Assembly: GCA_964016885.1 (NCBI GenBank)
Contig: OZ024760.1
Location: 29,264,001 to 29,328,000 of the forward strand
Direction: 5' to 3'
DNA length: 64,000 nt
From: Eledone cirrhosa
Lineage: Eukaryota
Below, piece by piece: positions 54,538 through 64,000 of this stretch (its first letter is position 1; every line of letters starts with the position of its first letter). The translations under genes and the position numbers were made by a program. The notes under the pieces are model-generated. The model ran no database searches. It was not told where the DNA came from and saw only the letters and a list, made by a program, of their open reading frames with translations.

Positions 54538-54763
54538 GTGAGTGTGAATGTGTATATATATATATATGTGAGTGTGAATGTGTATATATATATATATGTG
54601 TGTGAGCGTGTGTGTGTATATATATATGTGAGTGTGTGTATATAGTAGCACTGTCACAGCATATAACATTTACTGTTTGGTCTGAGTGTGTGTATATATA
54701 AATATATATATGAGTGTGTGTGTGTATACATATATGAGTATGTGTGTGTATATATATATGTGC

Positions 54764-54799
<36 letters not shown>

Positions 54800-54845
54800 G
54801 TGTGTGTATATGTGTATATATGTATATATATATGTATATATATAT

Positions 54846-56875
54846 ATCATCATCATCATCTTTGTTTAACGTCCATTTTCCATGCTAGCATGGGTTAGAC
54901 GGGAGTTGTCCCACTTGAGGCAAGGCTGGTCGGGTGACCGTGTCTCGCTCATATAGGACTATGTGGCAGGTTTTCTACGGCTGGATGCCCTTCCAACTTC
55001 CTAACACCAACCACATTTACAGTGTGGAACTGGGAACTTTTTACCGTGTTACCTACATGGCCACATTACAGCGTGGACTGTGTGTTTTTTGTCGTGACAC
55101 CTACACGATCTCGATCTCATTTTCTCATGCTGTTGATGGGAGTGGGAGGATAGGGTAGGGGTAGTGGATTGCGGTGTATATTTGGTTAAGAGGTGCCTAC
55201 TGACTGTAGGTTTCGCTTTGTACATAGGCAAGGCGGGTCTTCTGTATTACTGCGTAGCACCAAAGATCTCGGTCCAGTGAGATGTGTAAGTGTGTCTTGG
55301 AGATGTGTAAGTGTGTGAGGTCGGAATTTATCATATCATCCCAGGTTTTTCTGGGTCTACCTACTCTGTAACTACCATCAATTTTGATCGCCCTGCACTT
55401 TTTTATGCAGCTGTCGTCTTTCATGCGCATCACGTGACCATACCAACGTAGTCTTCTCTCAAGTAAACAGCATCTGATCCCTCTTATTCCTAATTTCTCA
55501 CTTAGTTCATTTATGCTTTGCCGTTCACGTATATTACTATTACACATCCAACAGAGCATGCGTGCTTCGTTCCTTTCCAGTATACGCAGGTCCTCTGCAC
55601 ATAATGCCCATGTCTCACTGCCATGTAGCATTGCTGTTCGTATACTGGCATCATACAATCTGCCTTTCATTTTTAGAGAGAAACCTTTTGTGGCCAACAG
55701 CGGTATAAGCTCTCTGAACTTTTTCCATCCCGTTCTGACTCTAGCTACTGTACTTTCAGAGCACCCTCCACCACTGCTGATTTTGTCACCCAGGTAACGG
55801 AAAGTGTCTACTATTTCAATAGAACCATCTGGGCAATAGCAGGAGCTAGTATCCTTTGGGAACTTGCTACTTATTGCATCTGAGTATTGGCCACATATAA
55901 AGTCTACGTTCTTAGATAGTTTACCTGTGATCCCACTACATTTTTTATGTACCCATACTTTGTATTTGGGACATAAAATGGAATTTCTGCCTACTCCTTT
56001 CCTACACACTGAGCATGGCCATTTCGCTGAGGGCACCTGTGCTCTATTTTCCTTTCTACAAACTAGAACTTTAGTCTTAGACAAGTTAACTTTAAGGCCT
56101 TTTGATTCTAGGCCACGCTTCCATGTTTCGAATTTCTTCTCTAGTTCAGCCATTGATTCAGCTATGAGATTTAGATCATCTGCGTATAGGAGTTCCCATG
56201 GGCAGCCGGTCTTGAACTCCTCTGTTATAGCCTGAAGGGCAATAATAAATAAGAGGGGGCTAAGGACAGAGCCTTGATGAACGCCAACTTTTACACTAAA
56301 TTCTTCACAATATTCATTGTTAATTCTAACCTTACTGACTGTTTCATTATACATAGCTTGTATAGCTGTCACAAGCCATTCATCTACACCTAGTTTTCTA
56401 AGAGCCCACCAGATAATGGAGCGGGGCACTCTGTCAAAAGCTTTCTCCAGGTCTACAAAAGCTAAGTAGAGGGGTTTACTTTTAGCTAGGTACTTCTCTT
56501 GTAGTTGTCGTATAAGGAAAAGAGCGTCTGTGGTACTTTTGCCTGACACAAACCCAAACTGCATTTCATCTAGATCAATTCGCTCTCTGATTAGTTGTGC
56601 TGTAACTCTTTCTGTGACCTTCATGACCTGGTCAACTAACTTAATGCCTCTAAAGTTTCCTCTATCTAGAGCATCCCCTTTACTCTTGTAGCAGTTAATG
56701 ATGATGCTGCTACGCCAGTCTTTCGGTGTGACCCCATTCTGTATTACTTGGTTAACTATACGGGTGACCACAGTGTGTCCCACCATACCAGATGCCTTCA
56801 ACATCTCAGCAACTATCTCCGAAGGCCCAGCTGCCTTGCCTGTCTTCATATCTTTGATTGCCTTACTTATTATAC
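54846..56875 (-). mobile_element. 5'-truncated RTE-clade LINE (RT ORF about 56872 to 55197, 3' UTR and (ATG)n tail)
   Basis: GKAAGP, NFRGIKL, QFGF..GKSTTDA, AFVDLEKAFDRVPR, GVHQGSVLSPLLF, YADD, HGSETW, RRLRWYGHVMR, GRPRKTW; the tail ends in ATG repeats. Confidence 0.93.
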
Positions 56876-56922
56876 TACCTATATATATATGGATATATAT
56901 ATGGATATATATATATATATAT

Positions 56923-57251
56923 GGAGGCACATGGCTTAGTGATTAAAGCATTGGGCTTGCAATCGAAAGGTTGTGAGTTCAATTCTCAGACCGGGTGATG
57001 TGTTGTTTCCTTGAGCAAGACACTTTATTTCACATTGCTCCAGTTTACTCAGCTGTAGAAATGAGATAGGACTGGGGTCCCTATCATTCCACTGCAAAGT
57101 GGTCGTGGAGGTGCCACGGCAAAAAAGCACCCAGCACTCACTGTAAATGAGGTTGGTATTAGGAAGGGCATCCAGCTGTAGAAATCAAGCCAGACTCAGT
57201 TCCCGTCGCACCCTTGCAAGCAGGGAAAAGCGGAGGTAAAATGATGATGAT
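56923..57251 (+). mobile_element. Same CORE-like SINE
   Basis: Near-identical copy. Confidence 0.8.
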
Positions 57252-57280
57252 GTGTGAGTGTGTGTGTATATATATATATA

Positions 57281-57315
<35 letters not shown>

Positions 57316-57417
57316 GTGCGTTGTCATTTCTTATGTATATATATATTTCATATGTATATATGACATATATATATACATATGACTTGTCATTTCTTTCACT
57401 ATATATGTGTGTGTGTA

Positions 57418-57453
<36 letters not shown>

Positions 57454-57465
57454 TGTGTGTGTGTG

Positions 57466-58548
57466 TCATCATCATCATCATCATCATCAGGTTTAGCGTC
57501 CGTGTTCCACGCTTGCATGGGTTTGGACGGGGGTTTTCCCACTTGAGGCAAGAGTGGTTGTCTTGCTCGCATAGGACTGTCTGGCGGGTTTTCTACAGTT
57601 GGATGCCCTTCCTAACACCAACCACATTTACAGTGTGGGGCTGGGAGGTTTTTACCGTGTTGCCTACACGGCCACATTATAGCGTGGACTGTCTGGCGGG
57701 TTTTCTACAGCTGGATGCCCTTCCTAACACCAACCACATTTACAGTGTGGGGCTGGGAGGTTTTTACCGTGTTGCCTACACGGCCACATTTACAGCGTGG
57801 ACTGTCTGGTGGGTTTTCTACAGCTGGATGCCCTTCCTAACACCAACCACATTTACAGTGTGGGACGGGGAGGTTTTTACCGTGTTGCCTACACGGCCAC
57901 ATTTACAGCGTGGACTGTGTGTTTTTTGTCGTGACACCTACACGATCTCATTTCTTTCAGCCTGGATGTTGTGGGACCAACATAACTTTACATTGAAAGG
58001 GGCGGTGTGGGTGGGGTGGAGGTGGTGGGACGGGGGTGTGTTTTGATAGAGATGCCTACTGACTGTAGTAGGTTTTTACTTTGTATTTAGGTAAGGCGGG
58101 TCTTCTCTATTACTGAGTACCGCCAAAGGTCTCGGTCCAGTGACATTGTCTTGGAGAGGTGTAAGCGTGTGAGGTCGGAATTTATCAGCTCGTCCCATGT
58201 TTTTCTGGGTCTGCCTACTCCGTGGCTACCGTCTATCTTTATTGCCCTGCACTTTGTTATACAGCTGTCGTCTTTCATGCGCATCACGTGACCGTACCAA
58301 CGTAGCCTTCTCTCGAGTAAACAACATCTGATCCCTCTTATTTTTAATTTTTTCCTTAGTTCATTTATGCTTTGCCGTTCACGTATATTACTATTGCACA
58401 TCCAGCGGAGCATGCAAGCTTCGTTCCTCTCTAGTCTGCGTATATCCTCTGCACACAATGCCCAGGTCTCACTGCCATGCAGCATTGCTGTTCGTATGCA
58501 GGCATCGTATAACCTGCCTTTCATTTTTAGGGAGAACCCTCTAGCGGC
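57466..58548 (-). mobile_element. 3' fragment of the same RTE LINE family, with an internally triplicated 3' UTR segment
   Basis: GFSLKMKGRLYDACIRTAMLHGSETW...RRLRWYGHVMR...EKTRLT*, similar to the 55-57 kb copy. Confidence 0.9.
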
Positions 58549-59345
58549 TGTATATATATATATATATATGTATACACATAAACATCCACACACACACATA
58601 TATATATATATACATACACACATACACACATATTTATATATACATAAACACTCACACACACAGACACACACACACACACACATATATATATATCTATACA
58701 CATGCACACACACCCATGCAAGCGTGGAATATGGACGTTAAACGATGATGATGATGATGATACACACATATTTATATATACATATACACTCCCACACATA
58801 TATATACACACATACACGCACACATATATATGTATACACACACACACACATATATACACACACTCACACACATTGCATTATTTTCATGCTTCTTATCTTT
58901 AGTTTTTTTTTCATTTTACATGCTCAACAAAATTCTTTAATCTTTAGATTGCAACACAATAAAATCTAGTTTTTTACTTAAATGTGTGTGTGTATATATA
59001 TATGTGTGTGTGTGTGTGTGTTTATACACACATCTATAATCTAGCTATGTTATAATAAAATATAAATGTTATATCTCTATATATACACAACGGCATACTT
59101 TAATCTTTATGTACAATACAATGAAATATCTGCTTTATATATATATATATAATATATATATATATTAATATATATACATGATGATGATGACATATATACA
59201 TGTGTGTAAATATACATATAATCTGCATATCAAGAAATAAAATCCAGTATATTTTTGGGATATTTGGAATAAATTCTACCATTCCAGCAGCTTGGAACTG
59301 CAAGATGGATATTGTTTAACCAGAAGGATAAATCATAAAATTTAC

Positions 59346-59444
<99 letters not shown>

Positions 59445-59455
59445 TTAATATAGAA

Positions 59456-59796
59456 GGAGGCACATGGCTTAGTGGTTAGAGCATTGGCCTTGCAATCGAA
59501 AGGTTGTGAGTTCAATTCTCAGACCAGGTAATGTGTTGTTTCCTTGAGCAAGACACTTTATTTCACATCGCTCCAGTTTACTCAGCTGTAGAAATGGGAT
59601 GATAGGGACTGGGGTCCATATCATTCCAGTGCAGAGTGGTCGTGGAGGTGCCACGGCAAAAAAGCACCCAGCACTCACTGTAAATGAGGTTGGTGTTAGG
59701 AAGGGCATCCAGCTGTAGAAATCAAGCCAGCATCAGTTCCCGTCGCACCCTTGCAAGCAGGGAAAAAGCGGACGTAAAATGAAATGATGATGATGA
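59456..59796 (+). mobile_element. Same CORE-like SINE
   Basis: Near-identical copy. Confidence 0.8.
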
Positions 59797-59805
59797 CGAT
59801 AGAAG

Positions 59806-59856
59806 AGCTTCTACAGGACTAGAACTGTTTCATTCGTGAGAAATCATCAGGAAGCT
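59806..59856 (-). ncRNA. Type I hammerhead ribozyme
   Basis: AGCTTC-CTGATGA-TTTC-TCAC-GAAT-GAAA-CAG-TTCTAGTC-CTG-TA-GAAGCT; GUA site. Confidence 0.75.
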
Positions 59857-60205
59857 GGCTGTCCAAGTAAATGATAGTATTTATGTCTTTCCTTATCTGG
59901 TGGTAGGAGAGGGTGGGGATTGGGATGGATTTAGGTCATTGGTTGAAGGATTTAAAGAAAGGGGATTTATTAAAAGCTAATTCTTTAAAGCTATAATATT
60001 AACACAGGCAGAAAGAATATTTGGAATACCAATCCTTGTTTATCACTTAAAGTAACAATGCCTGTAAGACATCCTGTGTCTACAGGATGGGTGAGGTTCA
60101 ATGGTTTAAAGAAAAGGGAAATTCTTTAGAAGCTAATTCTTTAAGGCTAAAATGAGGGTGACAAAGGCAGAGTAAGGGTGACAAAGGCAGATTCAAGTGT
60201 AGGGG

Positions 60206-60532
60206 TGGCACATGGCTTAGTGGTTAGAGCATTGGGCTTGCAATCGAAAGGTTGTGAGTTCAATTCTCAGATGTGCTGTTTCCTTGAGCAAGACACTTTA
60301 TTTCACATTGCTCCAGTTTACTCAGCTGTTGAAATGAGATGATAGGACTGGGGTCCATATCATTCCACTGCAAAATGGTCGTGGAGGTGCCACGGCAAAA
60401 AAGCACCCAGCACTCACTGTAAATGAGGTTGGTGTTAGGAAGGGCATCCAGCTGTAGAAATGAAGCCAGAATCAGTTCCCATCCCACCCTTGCAAGCAGG
60501 GAAAAGCGGACGTAAAATGATGATGATGATGA
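60206..60532 (+). mobile_element. Same CORE-like SINE
   Basis: Near-identical copy with a short deletion. Confidence 0.8.
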
Positions 60533-60876
60533 TATATGTATATATATATATATATAATGTATATATTTTTTTTTACCTCTGTTTGTTGTTTCTTTGAAAA
60601 AAAAAAAAAAATTTATATATATATACTATAATGTATGTATGCATGTGTGTGTATGTGAGTGTGCTGACAAATGTCTGTGAAATGGAAGAGAGTTAACTTA
60701 TTTTTATGGTTCATTCACAATAACATGTATTGGTTGGTCTTAGGTTCCAACAAGATCCTTCTAGAATACAGCGCAGGGACAAACTCAAACAACTCTACCT
60801 CAAAAACTATAAAAATAGAAATAGAAAATTCATCTGCCCCTCCCCATATCATCATCATCATACGTCCATATATATG

Positions 60877-60922
<46 letters not shown>

Positions 60923-61025
60923 ACAAAGAAAAACCTTCTGTTTCTACCTAAGAATGCTTGGGGTTTTCTCTATCTTAGTTTGTAATTGGGAAGGAAATAA
61001 AGCCGAGACCTACCCTCCTGGGGCG

Positions 61026-61065
<40 letters not shown>

Positions 61066-61097
61066 ATATAAACAAAGAGGCCTTCAATACATCAAAA

Positions 61098-61160
61098 GTC
61101 TTTATTAGCCAACAATGTTTCGTCCCATTAATAAGGACTCATCAGGGCAAGCAAAGAGAC
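61098..61160 (-). ncRNA. Type I hammerhead ribozyme downstream of the PLE RT fragment
   Basis: GTCTCTTTGCTTGCC-CTGATGA-GTCC-TTATTAATG-GGAC-GAAA-CATTG-TT-GGCTAATAAAGAC. Confidence 0.8.
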
Positions 61161-61405
61161 AAGAAGCATTAACGGCCAGGACAAGCCAAAACTCAGAAGA
61201 ATAGGGAATTTATATTTATGAAAGCTTAGGAAAGATATCCAGGAAAAGCATGCTAAACCTAAAAGTGTGCAGTTACATATATAGACTATAGGGCATGAAA
61301 GCGAGTAACATGTCAAACCTACGTTGAAAGTACAGTAAAATACAAATACATGAAACACAACATGGTAATATAATGTAAGAATTACAATATGATATTGAAT
61401 ACAAT

Positions 61406-62023
61406 TTAAAAAAATTTATATAGCTTCTTCCTATTATGCTCAATGTTATTAGTGCTAGAGTTTATCACAAATAATGCATCGTCACGATAAAGTCCACCTT
61501 TAAGGTGCGGAAAGCTAACATACAGTTCGTTCAAGAGGAACAGCCCAACAAGATCAGTTACCTGCGCTGAATCACTCGAACTCATTGTGACGTCAAAGTT
61601 GTTGGGTGTGTTTTTACGCGTCCAAAGTGTATCTTCGAATTTGATGATAGTCCTACGGGCGGCTAGTATAACATCAATCTGGGGTCGCGTAAGACTAGAC
61701 ATTCGCATGGCCATAATTAAGGCTTTATTAAGGAGGATAGGTGAAATCGACGTGTAATAGGCGTCTATATCAAACTGGATAAACCTACTAGACTCAAGCT
61801 TATTAATACCAGAGAACCAATCAATAACATCCTCAGTATTCCCCCATAGATTAAAATGAACCTTTACCCTAACGGTAGGTATAATCAGGTCAAGAATTTT
61901 CTTACTAATTATAGCTATATCAGACTTAGAAGGACAGATAAGTCTAACAGAAGGATTACTTATGAAGTCTACCTTGTGATCCTTAAGTGTGAATCTCGGT
62001 TCCCTAGGGTAATGACCCTGCAA
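61406..62023 (-). mobile_element. Penelope-like reverse transcriptase fragment
   Basis: Motifs TLKDHK..F..NPSVRLICPSKS, FIQFDIDAYYTSI, FDVTMSSSDSAQVTDLVGL and GLYRDD. A hammerhead lies about 250 bp downstream on the same strand. Confidence 0.88.
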
Positions 62024-62488
62024 ATATCATTCTGACGCACTCTAATCATGTATAAATAAGACACGCGTGCATGCTACACGTGAGATTGTTTCATACACTG
62101 ACTAATCTAAACTTTCCTCTTGCTTTATCTTCATAGACTGCCAACGCTTCATGTTTATCTTTATTTTCATTCTTGTTTTTATTTTATTTTTATCATGCAA
62201 CCTTTATATGTAAATTGCCATGCTATATCATTTGATGAATGTCACCCCACTGTTGATCAATATGCGCATATGTTTTATGTGTCTCTTGGGTTGAAAAGGA
62301 GGTCAAGTATGTTATAGATCAGTAAATAGTTGCTCCAAAGAATCCAAACCTCGGTTTGGAGGAAACAATTGTAAGCAAATAAATGACTTAAACTGAACTT
62401 TGATTATTGTAATCTCTATATATATATATACACATAGATAGATACTCACTCTGATGAACCTACAGTAACTGGACATTACAATCCCTAA

Positions 62489-62519
<31 letters not shown>

Positions 62520-62579
62520 TATAAATGGAAAAAATGAAACGGAATTTCATTTCTCACTCTTAGTACGGCTGTTACTTAA

Positions 62580-62997
62580 ATATAAGTATGTATATGTACA
62601 TACATATATGTATACAGCCGTACAGTAGTATGTATATATATATATATATACATGCACATATATATATATGTACGTATGGATTTACCGAACATTTATTATA
62701 ATGCTCGGTTTGTTTGTAAACAAACATCCAAAATTAAGCCGTAGTGTCTAGCAACCATAGTTGCCCTTTTGTTCAACACTGACAAAGGAACGATGTAGTA
62801 GTTTTAAGAACAAAAGGGCAACGATGGTTGCTAAACACTGTACGGCTTAATTCGGGATGTTTGTTTACAAACACACCGAGCATTATAATAAATGTTCGGT
62901 AAATCCATACGTACATATATATATGTGTGCATGTATGTATATATATATACATACTACTGTACGTCTGTATGCATATATGTATGTACGTATACATACT

Positions 62998-63002
<5 letters not shown>
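62580..63002. mobile_element. Roughly 420-bp foldback/MITE-like inverted repeat
   Basis: Arms of about 195 bp are imperfect reverse complements around a spacer of about 30 bp (62775-62806). Confidence 0.7.
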
Positions 63003-63031
<29 letters not shown>

Positions 63032-63124
63032 CATACATACACGCAATAATGGAAAAACAGGCATAATAACGATGATGATGATGATGACACACTCTCACAT
63101 ATATCTATCTATATATATATATAT

Positions 63125-63500
63125 CTTTTTTTCAAATATCACTTTGGAAGAAGAATCAGGATGGATAGAGAGGTGCTGTACCCCAGCAAGTTTTATGAAA
63201 GGTGGGTGAAAGTGGCGAGAATGGCCCGAGTGAATGGGCCTTCTCTCTATATCAGCCTGTAGGTTGAGGAAAAGGAGGAGGAGAGGAAAGGAGTACAAAC
63301 TCTTCGTACTCCTGGAGATGAGGGTTGCACATTTTTTCGAGGGTATGTGTTACCCATATAAACTGTCTCCCCCTATTGGGGAAAATCGACTAACTTTTTA
63401 AATTGCATTTGTGATAACATTTTACACGTTTTCATTATATGTAAACTTCCCCCTTTGTATTTGTCCCCTTCTTTTGTGCCCCTGTGGCTAATAAAGAAAC
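63125..63500 (+). mobile_element. 3' end of an L1/Tx1-like LINE
   Basis: FFKYHFGRRIRMDREVLYPSKFYERWVKVARMARVNGPSLYISL*, then a UTR ending at AATAAAG; shares GAATGGCCCGAGTGAATGGGCC with 37070. Confidence 0.5.
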
Positions 63501-63841
63501 ATATATATATAGTTAGAGAAGCAAAAAATTGCTTATTGTGATCCAGTTCTTGGTTAAGAAAGCCAGTTTCATGGATGGTTTCAACGTACGGTTAGGGGTA
63601 ACTCCACAAGTTTGTAAGAATTCCGTTCAATCTTGGAGTATAAAGTATAAAAGAGAAAACACAGGTAAGCATTAAGAGAATGATTTTATCCAGGTATTTA
63701 CGACCGTTTCATTGGTAAGTGTAACCTTATATTGCTATACTGCAGTATAGCAATATAAGGTTGCACTTACCAATGAAACGGTCGTAAATACCTGGATAAA
63801 ATCATTCTCTTAATGCTTACCTGTGTTTTCTCTTTTATATC

Positions 63842-63867
<26 letters not shown>

Positions 63868-63872
<5 letters not shown>

Positions 63873-64000
63873 TGTTGTTTACTCGAGAGAAGGCTACGTT
63901 GGTATGGACACGTGATGCGCATGAAAGTCGATAGCTGTATAACAAAGTGCAGGGCAATAAAGATAGACGGTAACCACGGAATAGGCAGACCCAGAAAAAC
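63868..64000 (+). mobile_element. RTE LINE fragment running off the window end
   Basis: Encodes RCCLLERRLRWYGHVMRMK...GRPRK. Confidence 0.85.

Noticed and set aside
60745-60845. Possible exon after TCTTAG
   Set aside because: No donor site, and no frame resembles the expected next MPDZ segment.

Overview
AT-rich, repeat-saturated animal genomic DNA with no prokaryotic features. The mix of (TA)n/(CA)n microsatellites, tRNA-derived SINEs, RTE LINEs and Penelope-like elements suggests a cephalopod such as octopus (inference). Nearly all ORFs in the supplied track are microsatellite or minisatellite artefacts. Only one host exon is supportable: a 70-bp exon at 35598-35667 (+) resembling a MPDZ/PATJ multi-PDZ gene, so the window is probably two large introns. 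Mobile DNA comprises two Penelope-like element (PLE) fragments (GIY-YIG endonuclease part and RT part), RTE LINE copies with partner SINEs, a non-autonomous Helitron, a DD37D maT transposon, MITE-like palindromes and about ten minisatellite arrays. The main hidden signal is a dense set of type I hammerhead ribozyme motifs, all folded by eye. Twelve have intact cores and paired helices, and about eight more are weak or degenerate. They come from several unrelated sequence families, and most have a palindromic helix III. They include one with a 116-nt helix II, an inverted two-ribozyme pair, and long DNA palindromes that look like snap-back copies of ribozyme halves.
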